Source of the DNA: Firmicutes bacterium UBA5509
GTDB lineage: Bacteria; Bacillota; Proteinivoracia; UBA4975
Reading direction: 5' to 3'
NCBI GenBank assembly: GCA_002423965.1
Contig: DIOR01000021.1
Span: 6,812 to 70,811 of the forward strand
Length of the DNA stretch: 64,000 nucleotides
Position 1 is the stretch's first letter, and every line of letters begins with the position of its first letter. The notes below the pieces were generated by a model that saw nothing but the letters and a program-made list of their open reading frames with translations, was not told the origin of the DNA and ran no database searches. The position numbers were made by a program, and so were the translations under genes. Shown one piece after another: positions 19,152 through 29,754 of this stretch.

Positions 19152-19155
19152 CTCC

Positions 19156-20133
19156 TTATTGAAGTATCTCAATCCTTACTTTGCCTACTCCGTCTGCATA
19201 CAAGCCGACTGCCTTTGCCGCTGCTGCGGACAGGTCGATAATTCTCCCGGCGATAAAAGGTCCTCTGTCGTTAATTTCCACTACCACATTCTTGCCGGTG
19301 GCCAGGTAGGTTACTTTTACCCGGGTTCCAAAGGGCAGGGTCTTATGGGCAGCGGTAAATGCATACATGTCAAAGGGGACCCCGCTGGCAGTTCTCCTGC
19401 CATGAAGTTCGGACCCGTAGTAAGAGGCAAACCCTTCTACGGCTTTTCCAGTTGTACCTCGGGATACTGACTTGGTCCCTTTAAGGATAATCCCCACAAC
19501 AGGCCGAAGAACAATGTCCTCGCTGACAATGCGTTTGGAAACTTCAATTCCATCATGATAAATTATTTCATATGTGATTAGTTTCTTTCCATCCCTTGCA
19601 TAAACCTTAACCTTTTTCTTGCCCTGTTCTAGAGTATGGTCACTCTTATAATCCGTCTTGGCAGATATTCGCACTTCTTCTGTGACCAACTGAGTATCCA
19701 CCCGGATAATTTTCACCGTCAAGCCATCGACAACCCTCTGTTCCGGGGGACAGCTGAGCAAATCTCCCTGGTAGCTGAGGCCTTGCTCTGCCAACAGTCC
19801 TGCAACAGAATCGGCCCAAGTAATAACCGAAAGCTCTTGGCCATATTCAGTGATGACCACTTGCTTCCCTCTTTCAATTATTATGCAATTGGATTGAGCC
19901 TCCATCTCAAGGCCAGGTAAGACTCGCTCATATTCCGCATCCCATGTGATATTGGCTTCAGCCAAAATATCTCCCACCACAGTCTTGGTGGATAACAACT
20001 CCATCTTTCCCGCTTCCGTTAGAAGGGTAATCTTCCGGGGATTAGCACCGGGCGGTCCAATAAAGACCAAGGCGAGGATCACAGTAAGGGCAGCGGAACT
20101 TAATGCCAGGCTTTTCTTGTTCAAGGAAATCAC
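19156..20133 (-). CDS. RlpA-like lytic transglycosylase with DUF348 (ubiquitin-like) and G5 domains
   Basis: N-terminal anchor, YabE-like stalk, then ASYYG...TASG...[10 protein letters not shown]...INDRGPF...IIDLS (DPBB/RlpA). Confidence 0.88.
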   Translation of the reverse strand: MISLNKKSLALSSAALTVILALVFIGPPGANPRKITLLTEAGKMELLSTKTVVGDILAEANITWDAEYERVLPGLEMEAQSNCIIIERGKQVVITEYGQELSVITWADSVAGLLAEQGLSYQGDLLSCPPEQRVVDGLTVKIIRVDTQLVTEEVRISAKTDYKSDHTLEQGKKKVKVYARDGKKLITYEIIYHDGIEVSKRIVSEDIVLRPVVGIILKGTKSVSRGTTGKAVEGFASYYGSELHGRRTASGVPFDMYAFTAAHKTLPFGTRVKVTYLATGKNVVVEINDRGPFIAGRIIDLSAAAAKAVGLYADGVGKVRIEILQ

Positions 20134-20171
20134 TCCGAATTGGTAAGACTTGGCTTAGCAATGATAAATCC

Positions 20172-20200
20172 GTTATATAGAATTATATACTATTAGTCAA
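20172..20200 (-). promoter_or_regulatory. SigA-like promoter for the RlpA-like gene
   Basis: TTGACT-N17-TATAAC on the minus strand. Confidence 0.6.
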
Positions 20201-20338
20201 GGGGTTGGAGCTGGTAATTAGTGGTAACGAAATTTGCTGAGTTGCTTCAGAGAAGAATCCCGGCCAGAGCTGACCGCTTGTTAGTACTACCTGGTAATAC
20301 TTATGGTAGCAGCCAAGAGCGGAGACAGGACCCCCATA

Positions 20339-20926
20339 TTAGTTTTCGATGCCCTTGCGGGCCATGACCCCTTGGGTGTAATAGTGCTTAACTTCCCGCA
20401 TTTCGGTTACCAGGTCAGCCTGTGCAATCAGTTCATCAGTGGCCCCACGGCCTGTGAGAACCAATTCTACTTCTGGGGATTTTGCCTCAATCAGGGACTT
20501 AACTTCTTGCCAGCTAACCAAGCCAAAATGTAAGGCGACAATTAATTCGTCTAGGATGACCACCTGGAATTCGCCGCTGCTGACAGCCTCTAGAGCCTGA
20601 TCCATTCCCTGTCTAATTAGGTCCACATACTCCTGGGGCGGCTTGCCCGGGGGGAATACTACCGCCTGTTTGCACCACTTTGCCAGCTCCTCTTCCGGCA
20701 TCGAGCCTTCCTTGACCACGAAAAAAGGCTTACCCACAGTCTTTAGGGTAAGATTCGGGGATAAATGGGGCAAAATCTTGTGTTCACTGTACGTTGCTGT
20801 CTTCATAAACTGGATAAATAATACTTTCTTTCCGGCACCTAAGGCCCTTAGGGCAAGGCCTATTGCTGCAGTGGTCTTGCCTTTGCCATTGCCAGTATAT
20901 ACCTGAACGTATCCCTTAGCACTCAT
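20339..20926 (-). CDS. cobO: Cob(I)alamin adenosyltransferase (CobO/BtuR)
   Basis: YTGNGKGKTTAA, IQFMK, ILDE, LTGR, ADLVTEM..VKHYY. Confidence 0.9.
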   Translation of the reverse strand: MSAKGYVQVYTGNGKGKTTAAIGLALRALGAGKKVLFIQFMKTATYSEHKILPHLSPNLTLKTVGKPFFVVKEGSMPEEELAKWCKQAVVFPPGKPPQEYVDLIRQGMDQALEAVSSGEFQVVILDELIVALHFGLVSWQEVKSLIEAKSPEVELVLTGRGATDELIAQADLVTEMREVKHYYTQGVMARKGIEN

Positions 20927-21459
20927 GTTTCCGCCTCCTCTAAACTGACACTGTATACTTCGGTATACTTCATCCTGCCATCTATGCGCTCAGACTTCAT
21001 TAGGCTGACTTTTTCTACTGCCATCTCCAGATGCTCTTGGGGCACCAGGGAAAAAATATCGAGATCCCGGGTAAAGACTAGCTCTCTCCCCAGGGTGAGA
21101 TGTGGCTTATAAGCTCGACTTTCAAGATTAAAACCTCTTTCCACAAGGGAATCTCGGAGTTGGCGATGAATCTGTGCCAGCCTTTCTGCCTTCACTCTTA
21201 GCCAAAAAACATCTCCTCCAGAACGGGGAAAACTTCCCAGCCCCCCCACTACCATTTTAAAGGCGGGAGATCTGAGCCCCTCCATAGCACCCTTGATATC
21301 ACCGACTCTGTTGGTTTCACCAATAAACAATAGGGTTAAATGCAAATTGTCCACGGGGATGAACCTACCCCGAAGTGCATAAGGTTTTAACTGGTCTATT
21401 ACCCGACAGATACCGGCCTTAGTTTTCCCATCAAGGTTTATCGCGATAAACAGGCGCAA
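20923..21459 (-). CDS. thpR: RNA 2',3'-cyclic phosphodiesterase (2H family)
   Basis: MRLFIA start; two HxT motifs (HLTLLF, PHLTLGR). Confidence 0.9.
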   Translation of the reverse strand: MRLFIAINLDGKTKAGICRVIDQLKPYALRGRFIPVDNLHLTLLFIGETNRVGDIKGAMEGLRSPAFKMVVGGLGSFPRSGGDVFWLRVKAERLAQIHRQLRDSLVERGFNLESRAYKPHLTLGRELVFTRDLDIFSLVPQEHLEMAVEKVSLMKSERIDGRMKYTEVYSVSLEEAET

Positions 21460-22665
21460 TTAGTGGCCACCTTTCTCCAAACCCTTGTATAATTGCTCCA
21501 TTTCCGTGGCAATGGCTGCATCTGTCTTTTTACCCCCGTAGCGACTGGGTATATAAATATCCCTGATTTCCGCAGGGCCATGAGAGAACACAGCCTCAGC
21601 CTTAGCCTCAACATCCTGGGAGGTATCTAACGGAGACAGCTCCACTTTATTGGCAGCAAGCTTTCCCAGGAATTTTCGGTAATAGTACCGCACCAGCTCT
21701 CCCGGTTCAGCGGGAGGCTTATTTCTTAAGGAAAATCTACCCCGGGGCTTCTTCCTCTTTTTCTTAATATACTCTCTTTCCTCAACATAACTTAAGCCTT
21801 GATAACTGCGTTCTCCAGCTTTAAATAGTAGCTTGTAGATGATAAGTATTGCAGCAGCAACAACCAAGGCAATGAGGACTTTTTCTGCTACAGCAAAGGT
21901 GGGAAGCACCTCTTCTACAGCTTCCATGGGTGGGGGGGCTTCCCCGACCGGGTCGGGAATTTCCGGCATAGTCCATGGTTTAGAAGGAAATTTTGTTTCT
22001 ATGCCTCGAAGTATATCGCTTAACCATTCTAAGAGCCTTAGCAGTATTTGTATAGGCAAAAGCAGCAAATCTATGATTTTTTTCGCTATAGTAATGAGAA
22101 ACTCCCGCACATCTTTAACTGCAGTCAAGACAAATACTCCGGCAATAAAAATTAAGTACTTGATATTGGATTTCTGCAAGCGGCGGATTTCCATGCCTGC
22201 CTCAATATGCCTGATAGATCTAATCAGCAGTATTGTAGAAAGAAAGTAGACAAAGATATAGGGGGCAGCCAAGGCAATTGCCTGACCTATATTAGGCAAA
22301 ATCCAGCGCAGGTAAAGAGCAATGATGAACACTGTCCCAGCTTTTTTAAGGTTACCAACATAATCACTGCGGTTTCCCCTATGCAGAAATCTGTCCACAT
22401 AGACAAAGAGGGAGGGAACAGTGATGAAAAAAAATACCAAAGCAACCCTGTTATTAAAAAATAGTAATGGCACCAGCAGGAGAAGGATACTGATTCGAAG
22501 GATGCTGTGCCAATTGCGGCTGACATTGTAAAACAGGCACACTGCCACCGTCCAAACAAAGATCACTGCCATTGCCTGGGCAGGTGCAAAATATAAAAAG
22601 ATCAGCAACAGGGCATACATTAGCGAGATAATCGACAACAATTCCAGCATAATTACACTAAGCAT
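21460..22665 (-). CDS. Multi-TM membrane protein with a DUF4129-like C-terminus
   Basis: Many TM segments; VRYYYRKFL...T..D...IY..SRYG C-terminal pattern; usual MoxR/DUF58 partner. Confidence 0.65.
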   Translation of the reverse strand: MLSVIMLELLSIISLMYALLLIFLYFAPAQAMAVIFVWTVAVCLFYNVSRNWHSILRISILLLLVPLLFFNNRVALVFFFITVPSLFVYVDRFLHRGNRSDYVGNLKKAGTVFIIALYLRWILPNIGQAIALAAPYIFVYFLSTILLIRSIRHIEAGMEIRRLQKSNIKYLIFIAGVFVLTAVKDVREFLITIAKKIIDLLLLPIQILLRLLEWLSDILRGIETKFPSKPWTMPEIPDPVGEAPPPMEAVEEVLPTFAVAEKVLIALVVAAAILIIYKLLFKAGERSYQGLSYVEEREYIKKKRKKPRGRFSLRNKPPAEPGELVRYYYRKFLGKLAANKVELSPLDTSQDVEAKAEAVFSHGPAEIRDIYIPSRYGGKKTDAAIATEMEQLYKGLEKGGH

Positions 22666-23740
22666 TTTTCTTGCTCCTGTATTTAATGATGCTGCTGTTC
22701 AACCCTTCCAGATTTTCATCTTCGACGGCAATAACTACAGTACGGGGGACGGCCTTGGCCAGCAGCTGAAGGGGCTCAATATAGGTTTCAAGAATACGAG
22801 GAGTAATTATTACTGCCGTGGTATAATTCCCCCTCATTCTCCTTACATCTCGCAGGGTGTTTTCAAAAAAACCCGGGTTCCTAAACTGAATGCAGCCAAG
22901 AGCATGAAGCAAAGTGCCAAGATGGGCTGCTCCCAGGCCGGTATGGTGAATAAAGCCTTTTGCATCCGCCTCTTCATTATAAGCATTTGTAACCAAGCCG
23001 TAAGGAATGCTAAGAGATTCAAACTCTTCCAAGGTAGCCCGGGCCAAAGAAACAGCCTCATCGATTAGTTCCTCTTCAATCGCCTTCCAGCATGGCTTCA
23101 TGGTTTCTACATTTATGATGACCAGCACTGAATTATCTGTGGTGAAGTCAAACTTCTTCACCATCAGACTGCCGAACTTGGCAGAAGAGGGCCAGTGAAT
23201 AAAGCGCTGAGGCTCATTGCCAGTATACTCCCGGATCCCTATAGTTATCAGGGGATCATCGATTATCCATCTCCGGACAGACAAATCTCCTCCCAGGGCC
23301 CCCAGGGGAACAATGCTTTCCGACAGCTCAACTTTTTTCGGCAGGACAACTACTTTTTGGGAGATAGGCATTTTGCGCTGCTCTGACCGAAAGCCCACGA
23401 AGTCTCCCAGCTCAAGGTTTGCCAGCTCAATCCGATGGCAGCCCCTTTTATTAACAGAGACTTTGTACTTCCTGCGCACCCGCTGAAAGGGCATAATAAA
23501 CATACTGTAGATGTTCTTGGGTACGCTGAAATGAGGGGGGAAATGCTCTTCCACCTTCAGAAAAGACACTGACAGCATTTTGTTATTCTCGACAACAGAG
23601 GAAACCTCAATCTCCTGGCCGATTTCGTAATCTTTATTCTCTATACCGAAGCTATAGGTCAAATCTGTATAGCCAAAAAACAGTACCAGGTAATTGATAA
23701 TTAGAGTCAGGGCCAGTAGTCCCAGGACGTACCAAATCAT
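22658..23740 (-). CDS. DUF58 family protein (MoxR partner)
   Basis: GIREYTGNEPQRFIHWPSSAKFGSLMVK motif. Confidence 0.85.
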   Translation of the reverse strand: MIWYVLGLLALTLIINYLVLFFGYTDLTYSFGIENKDYEIGQEIEVSSVVENNKMLSVSFLKVEEHFPPHFSVPKNIYSMFIMPFQRVRRKYKVSVNKRGCHRIELANLELGDFVGFRSEQRKMPISQKVVVLPKKVELSESIVPLGALGGDLSVRRWIIDDPLITIGIREYTGNEPQRFIHWPSSAKFGSLMVKKFDFTTDNSVLVIINVETMKPCWKAIEEELIDEAVSLARATLEEFESLSIPYGLVTNAYNEEADAKGFIHHTGLGAAHLGTLLHALGCIQFRNPGFFENTLRDVRRMRGNYTTAVIITPRILETYIEPLQLLAKAVPRTVVIAVEDENLEGLNSSIIKYRSKKNA

Positions 23741-23742
23741 GG

Positions 23743-24690
23743 CTATTCCTGTATATTCTCAAGGGGAACCTCAACCGAGGCCACTGTTCCCTTAATTAAT
23801 TCCATGGATTTATTCAAAACGGTGGCCCCCCGGGCAATAATTCTGTGGTTTAAGACATAAGGTGCCAGATACTTTATATCTTCAGGAAGGATGTAGTCCC
23901 TACCGTTAATGGCCCCATAGGCTTGGCAAGCTTTAAACAAGGCGATTGCCCCTCTGGGGCTTACCCCTAGCTGATACTCTTCCCTCTCCCTGGTTTCACT
24001 GACAATGTCTACGAGGTAATCCATGACCTCAGGGTGAATAGATACTGCTGCCAAATTGGCAAATATGTATTCCATATCCCCGCTTTCTACAACGGGCCCA
24101 ATAGCCTCTAGGGGATTGCCGATATTCAATCTAATGATGTCCTTTTCCTCTTCTTTAGTGGGATAACCTAACCCCATGCGCATGAAAAACCTATCCAACT
24201 GAGCCTCGGGCAAGGGAAAAGTACCGAAGGATTCCACGGGGTTTTGGGTGGCCAGCACCATAAAGGGGAGCTGCAGTTTCCGGGTTTCCCCATCCACGGT
24301 AATTTGCTTCTCCTCCATGGCCTCCAAGAGGGCAGACTGAGTCCGGGGTGTAGCCCGATTTATTTCATCTGCTAAGACAATGTTGGCAAATAGGGGGCCA
24401 TGACGGAATTGAAAGTCGCCGCTTTTTTGATTGTAAAAGTTTATACCTGTAATATCCGAGGGCAACAAATCCGGGGTAAACTGAATGCGCTTAAACTGTA
24501 AATCCAATGTCTTGGCGAAGGCTTTAATCAGCATGGTCTTGCCCATCCCTGGCACATCTTCCAAGAGCATATGCCCCCCTGACAGGAAAGCGACTATAAG
24601 CAACTCGATTTCCCTGTCCTTGCCCACAATGACCTGGGAGACATTGGCGATAACCTTATCCTTAAAATCCTTGTACTTATCTAGTTCCAT
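23743..24690 (-). CDS. MoxR family AAA+ ATPase
   Basis: LLEDVPGMGKT, RIQFTPDLLPSD, LADEINRATPRTQSALLEAMEE, PLPEAQLDRF. Confidence 0.95.
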   Translation of the reverse strand: MELDKYKDFKDKVIANVSQVIVGKDREIELLIVAFLSGGHMLLEDVPGMGKTMLIKAFAKTLDLQFKRIQFTPDLLPSDITGINFYNQKSGDFQFRHGPLFANIVLADEINRATPRTQSALLEAMEEKQITVDGETRKLQLPFMVLATQNPVESFGTFPLPEAQLDRFFMRMGLGYPTKEEEKDIIRLNIGNPLEAIGPVVESGDMEYIFANLAAVSIHPEVMDYLVDIVSETREREEYQLGVSPRGAIALFKACQAYGAINGRDYILPEDIKYLAPYVLNHRIIARGATVLNKSMELIKGTVASVEVPLENIQE

Positions 24691-24920
24691 GAAACTCCTC
24701 CCCGAAAAGATACTTGAATCTTATACCTAATTATACAGTTACCCAGCACAACTTTCCAGGAAACCTTCTGGGAAAAGCAAATTGTCAAATACTTGACATG
24801 TTATGGCTGGTATTTTAAACAGCAGGTCAGCTGTTGCCTCAGTCCTTTGTCGCACACAAATATAAAGGAAGCTCATTGGAAACATTCTTCCCAAGGAATG
24901 TTTTTAGAAATGAAGAACTA

Positions 24921-24950
24921 AAAAAGAGATAAGGGGAAACCCTTATCTCT
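24921..24950 (-). terminator. Terminator after the LTA synthase gene
   Basis: AGAGATAAGGG-GAAA-CCCTTATCTCT with an adjacent A-run. Confidence 0.75.
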
Positions 24951-24968
24951 CAACTTATAAAAATGGCA

Positions 24969-26912
24969 TCAGCGCTGGGGCAAGACATACTTGTAATAGT
25001 CTTTATCCAAAATCATGGCTGAGTAATACACCTTTCGTGCCACAGTGCCCGAGGTAGAGACTGGGTAGTTATCTTCCACCGTGACCCCAGAATTGCACTC
25101 AAACTTGTCGGTAATTGCATCGTACCTGCCCTTGTCGGTGATATAGCTACCATCGGCAAAGATGACAAGGGGATCGGCCTCCGAATGAATATCCCTGCCC
25201 ATAAGCAGACGGGAATCATACTCGAGACCAAGGAGATTGGACAGAGTGGGAATGATATCCAGACTGGAGCATGGCTCGTCAATTGTCATGGGCTCCATGC
25301 CCTTAGTCCACAGGATCAAGGCGTTGCGGTAGAGGTCAAAGTTATTGTCAACCTTCTCCCCTGCTAGTTCTTCAATGGCCGACTGTTCCAAACCATATGG
25401 ATAATGATCAGCACTGATGGCGATGAGAGTCTTGTCTGCAACGCCGGCTTCTTCCAGCTTATTTAACAAATATTCCATGGCCCGGTCAAATTCAATCTGA
25501 GTAGCCAAGTAGGCCTTGGCTGGGGTGGAGAAAGGCAAGTCCTTAACGTATTTTTTGTTCTTTACCGCCATTTCATTGCCAAAGAAGTTGTAGTTAAGAT
25601 GCCCGCTGACAGTCATGTAATAAGCGTGGAACTGATGCTCGCCAAGGTATTCGGGAATTGTCTTTTCCATCATCTCCAGGTCGGATCGAGGCCAAGCCTT
25701 TTTCATATCTAGGCCGTTGCCGATACCTTTATACTCATAACCCATATTGGGGTGAGAAAGATGGCGGTTGTAGTATTTATAACTATGGTTATGATAGGCT
25801 ACGGTCTGGTAGCCAAGGTGCTTGAGCTGATTTCCCATCACCAGAGGCATGGAATTATTAGCCGATTCTTTAAAACTCCAAATTCCGGTCTTGGGAAGGA
25901 GACCTGTACAAGCCACATATTCTCCGTCGGAGGTGCTGACCCCCCACAAGGGAGTGTAAAAGTTTGTAAAGCTATACCCTTCCTGCATCATCTTATACAG
26001 AGTCGGGGTGACATCTTCACGGACAGCCAAGTGGGAAAAGCCCTCGGCAGTAATGAGGATTAGGTTGTAACCCTGGTACTTGCCGGTGAAATCATTTTTC
26101 TCTGAGGGTGAAACAATGCTAAAGTACTTGTGCATATTGAGGATTTCTACGTCGGATTCCTCCGTCAGCAACCGGTCAAAGTCAATATCCAGTACATTGT
26201 ATTCCACACTCTCTTCCTCGGGAGAAGGCCCTACAGGCAGTTCCCCTTCTTCTAAGGGCGGCGGAGTAATTGCCGGGGTCCAGCTGATGATTAAGCGCTG
26301 GAGATCTAAACGCATAGTAGTGATGAGCCCAAGCTTTTGTACAGAATGAACAGGGAAACTCTTTTCATAGTAATAGGAATAGGCAGAAGACTGCAGATGC
26401 TCCCCCGCCTGGACGACAGCGACGCCGCCGGCATAGCTGAGAATGATCACCACCGCTAATATTGCCCTAAAGGCCCAGCGGATTTTGGCAAAAGAAAAGA
26501 TTTTTTTACCTATAGCCAACAAAACTGCCATAGGCAGAAATAGTAAGAGAACCTGCAAGCCGTTTCCAACAATGCCATGGAGAGCCTCCCGCCAAAACTG
26601 CCAGACTTGGCCGGCGTTGCCAGCAGAATATAAAGAATAAAATGTGGTAAAAATGCTGTGGTAAATCAGTTGGGATGCAAAAATCGCCCCTGCTAAGCCT
26701 AGGCAGATTGCAGCGAAGATGCGGTTTATCTTGGGTGTAAATAAAGAGCAAAACAAAAAGCAAATTACGGCTAAAGCTATGGCAAATAAAGAAATAATTG
26801 CTTGATCCATAGAAAAAATACTGCCGCCAACAGTATAGAAACGCAGCACTATTTCCATCCAAATAAAAGCTATAGAAAAAAATAATAGCAGGCCCCAATT
26901 CTTATCCTTCAT
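24969..26912 (-). CDS. LTA synthase (LtaS)-family sulfatase-like membrane protein
   Basis: Five N-terminal TM helices; ITAEGF, STSDGEY (catalytic Thr region), TVSGH, ADHYPY. Confidence 0.85.
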   Translation of the reverse strand: MKDKNWGLLLFFSIAFIWMEIVLRFYTVGGSIFSMDQAIISLFAIALAVICFLFCSLFTPKINRIFAAICLGLAGAIFASQLIYHSIFTTFYSLYSAGNAGQVWQFWREALHGIVGNGLQVLLLFLPMAVLLAIGKKIFSFAKIRWAFRAILAVVIILSYAGGVAVVQAGEHLQSSAYSYYYEKSFPVHSVQKLGLITTMRLDLQRLIISWTPAITPPPLEEGELPVGPSPEEESVEYNVLDIDFDRLLTEESDVEILNMHKYFSIVSPSEKNDFTGKYQGYNLILITAEGFSHLAVREDVTPTLYKMMQEGYSFTNFYTPLWGVSTSDGEYVACTGLLPKTGIWSFKESANNSMPLVMGNQLKHLGYQTVAYHNHSYKYYNRHLSHPNMGYEYKGIGNGLDMKKAWPRSDLEMMEKTIPEYLGEHQFHAYYMTVSGHLNYNFFGNEMAVKNKKYVKDLPFSTPAKAYLATQIEFDRAMEYLLNKLEEAGVADKTLIAISADHYPYGLEQSAIEELAGEKVDNNFDLYRNALILWTKGMEPMTIDEPCSSLDIIPTLSNLLGLEYDSRLLMGRDIHSEADPLVIFADGSYITDKGRYDAITDKFECNSGVTVEDNYPVSTSGTVARKVYYSAMILDKDYYKYVLPQR

Positions 26913-27009
26913 TATTACATCACTCCAAGCCATAACTTAAAAGTATACTTCTACACTATATTATTATACATGCTCAAATCTTATCCGCAAGAAAAAAACC
27001 TTGCACTGC

Positions 27010-27035
27010 AGGAATATGTTGGTGTTATGTAGAAA
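27010..27035 (+). promoter_or_regulatory. SigH-like promoter upstream of lemA
   Basis: AGGA-N18-GAAA. Confidence 0.45.
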
Positions 27036-27070
27036 TTAACGCCCATGGTATATAGACAGGAGATGAAATT

Positions 27071-27628
27071 ATGGAATGGATCCCAGTTGCGCTTGTTTTT
27101 TTCTTAGCGTTGTATTTTGTCATTGCCTATAACGGATTGGTAAAAACAGGTAATATGTTAAAGGAAGCATGGAGTGGCATTGATGTCCAGCTAAAAAGAC
27201 GAAGCGACTTAATCCCCAGCTTGGTTGAAACAGTGCGGGGCTATAGCAGTCATGAGCAGGATTTATTAGTAGAAATTGCGGAAAAACGCACAGCAGCCAT
27301 GGCGGCTCAGGGGGCCAAGGAAAAGGGTCTTGCTGAAAATGCCCTTACCGGAGGCATAAAGAACCTCTTTGCCCTGGCGGAATCTTACCCAGACTTAAAG
27401 GCCGCAAATAACTTCCTCAAACTACAGGAAGAACTTGTTCAGGTGGAAGACCAGATTCAACTGGCCCGACGCTATTACAACGGTGCCGTTCGTCTTGTCA
27501 ACAACCGAGTTGAATCCTTCCCCAGCAATATCATCGCTAAAATTACGGGATTTTCCCGGGCCGAGTTCTTTACACTTGAACTGGCCACAGAAAGGATGGC
27601 CCCTGAAATATCATGGGACGAAAAATAA
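27071..27628 (+). CDS. lemA: LemA family protein
   Basis: AWSGIDVQLKRRSDLIP, AESYPDLKA, ARRYYN, FPSNIIA. Confidence 0.95.
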   Translation: MEWIPVALVFFLALYFVIAYNGLVKTGNMLKEAWSGIDVQLKRRSDLIPSLVETVRGYSSHEQDLLVEIAEKRTAAMAAQGAKEKGLAENALTGGIKNLFALAESYPDLKAANNFLKLQEELVQVEDQIQLARRYYNGAVRLVNNRVESFPSNIIAKITGFSRAEFFTLELATERMAPEISWDEK

Positions 27629-29337
27629 GCCGCCTTTTACTCCCCCTTGTTGTCCTAATCCTCTTGCTTCCTGCTGGGCAGGCAAGGGCAGCTCAGGAAA
27701 GAATCATTAATTACCATGCGGATATCGAAGTCCACACTGACTCCGCAGTGACAGTAAGTGAAACCATACTGGTGGAGAGTACAGGCAATGAAATACGTCG
27801 GGGCATCTATCGTGATATTCCCACCTCCTACAAAGACAGTAAAGGCAATCGAGTGCGGGTGGACTTCACTCTCCTCTCGGTACTCCGGGATGGCAATCCT
27901 GAACCCCATACTACCGAAGGCCGAGACAACGGAATCCGCATTCGCATTGGCAGCGAAAAAGTCCTCCTTAACCCCGGACAATACACTTACACCATTACAT
28001 ATAAAGTCACGCGGGTTCTGGGGTTCTTTGAAAACCACGATGAACTATATTGGAACGTCACTGGCAACGGCTGGGGGTTCCCAATCGAATCTGCCTCTGC
28101 CACCCTGACTTTGCCCCTAGGGGCTTCTGTTACTGATGCAACCGGTTATACCGGTTATATGGGTGCGCGAGGCAATGATTTTAAAACTGAGGCCACAGAT
28201 AGTGGCATAAAATTTTCTACTACCAGACCCCTTGCATCCAGTGAGGGACTGACGATTGTAGTGGGCTGGCCCAAAGGTCATGTGGAAGAGCCCAGTTCCC
28301 AGCAAAGGTTTCTTTGGTTTTTGAAAGACAATCTCGGTATCCTCTTCTGCTTTTTGACCTTAATCCTGCTGTCCCTGTGGTATTTATATGCCTGGAACAA
28401 GGTGGGCCGTGATCCCAGCCGAGGGATAATCATTCCCAGATACACCCCCCCCGAAGGCTTTTCTCCAGCGGCAATCCGCTATATCCGCAGCATGGGATAC
28501 GATGACAAAGCCTTTACAACGGCAATAATTAATTTGGCGGTCCAGGGTCGGCTAATTATCCGCCAGGACGGTAAGAAAAAATTTTCCCTTATTAACACCA
28601 ATGGAGACAGATTCGTATCTTCCGAAGAAGAAAATGTCCATAGCCTTCTCTTTTCCCAAGGAGACACCTTGGAAATGAACAATTCCAATCACACGATTTT
28701 CAGTAGCGCCGGCCTGGGCCTGCATAAAGAATTGATGGCGGCATACAAGAATAAATACTTTAAGACCAATTCTTCCTGGCTGCTGTGGGGAATCCTTATG
28801 GCCTTCATCTTCCTTGGTATCAGCCTATTCTTTACCATCAAATTCGGGGGGATTTGGGGACTTATCCTCTTGGTCCTTTCATCCCTAGCAGTAATTATCA
28901 TCAGTGCTGTCTTCGGCAAACTCCTGAAAGCTCCTACTCTTGAAGGCACGGCCCTAATTGATGAAATCGATGGCTTTAAGATGTTTTTGGAAGTTGCAGA
29001 AAAAGATTATCTTCAGTGGTCTGCTCCCCCGGAAAGGACTCCGGAACTCTTTGAAAAATATCTGCCCCATGCCCTAGCCCTGGGAGTTGACCAGCAATGG
29101 GCAGAGAAGTTCTCTTCCATCCTCGCGGCCGCCAGCGAAGCCGGTCAGGGATACAGGCCTGTATGGTACCAAGGCGCGTCCCTTAGAACCTTTTCCGCTG
29201 TCAGCTTTGCCTCTAATCTCAACAGCTCATTTAGCAACAGTATTGTAGCAGCAAAAACCGCCCCAGGCTCCTCCTCGGGCTTTTCCGGGGGATCCTCAGG
29301 GGGCGGCGGTGGCGGCGGCGGTGGTGGCGGCTGGTAG
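27613..29337 (+). CDS. DUF2207 family membrane protein
   Basis: GIYRDIP, DELYWNVTG, LPHALALGV and a Gly/Ser-rich tail ending GGGGGGW; usual LemA partner. Confidence 0.9.
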   Translation: MGRKISRLLLPLVVLILLLPAGQARAAQERIINYHADIEVHTDSAVTVSETILVESTGNEIRRGIYRDIPTSYKDSKGNRVRVDFTLLSVLRDGNPEPHTTEGRDNGIRIRIGSEKVLLNPGQYTYTITYKVTRVLGFFENHDELYWNVTGNGWGFPIESASATLTLPLGASVTDATGYTGYMGARGNDFKTEATDSGIKFSTTRPLASSEGLTIVVGWPKGHVEEPSSQQRFLWFLKDNLGILFCFLTLILLSLWYLYAWNKVGRDPSRGIIIPRYTPPEGFSPAAIRYIRSMGYDDKAFTTAIINLAVQGRLIIRQDGKKKFSLINTNGDRFVSSEEENVHSLLFSQGDTLEMNNSNHTIFSSAGLGLHKELMAAYKNKYFKTNSSWLLWGILMAFIFLGISLFFTIKFGGIWGLILLVLSSLAVIIISAVFGKLLKAPTLEGTALIDEIDGFKMFLEVAEKDYLQWSAPPERTPELFEKYLPHALALGVDQQWAEKFSSILAAASEAGQGYRPVWYQGASLRTFSAVSFASNLNSSFSNSIVAAKTAPGSSSGFSGGSSGGGGGGGGGGGW

Positions 29338-29357
29338 GAGGTCTTACCCCTAGCAGT

Positions 29358-29696
29358 CTAGGAGCTTAACCGTCGTTCAAAGCGCCACCAGACAATAAAT
29401 CTGTAGATGGGGCTACCAACGAGGACCAGCAACAGCAATGGATGTCGAGTATATATATAGAAGGCCAAGGCAATTAGCAAGATTACCCCCATACCGATAT
29501 CCGAAGATAGGGTATTAGCTGGGCGGCCAAGAAGAGTGCCTGCTTTTAGGGCCTTCTTATAACAATCCTCATGAAATGTAAGGAAGCGGGTAAAAGCCCG
29601 GTTGGTCACAACCAAATCTTTTCGTGCCTGAATATCTTTATCGCAGACATAGCATTTTATTGAATCCGGCAAGACAAGTTCTCCTTTCGCTGACAC
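29358..29696 (-). CDS. Small membrane protein with a putative Zn-binding CxxC...HxxC domain
   Basis: CYVC...HEDC followed by two TM segments. Confidence 0.55.
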   Translation of the reverse strand: MSAKGELVLPDSIKCYVCDKDIQARKDLVVTNRAFTRFLTFHEDCYKKALKAGTLLGRPANTLSSDIGMGVILLIALAFYIYTRHPLLLLVLVGSPIYRFIVWWRFERRLSS

Positions 29697-29754
29697 TTAT
29701 TTTCTCTATAGTATCATTTATTGCCTTGCCTTGGATACCCCTGGGCATAAGGCA

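Noticed and set aside
29295-29334. GGC/GGT trinucleotide run
   Set aside because: It encodes the normal poly-Gly tail of DUF2207 proteins.
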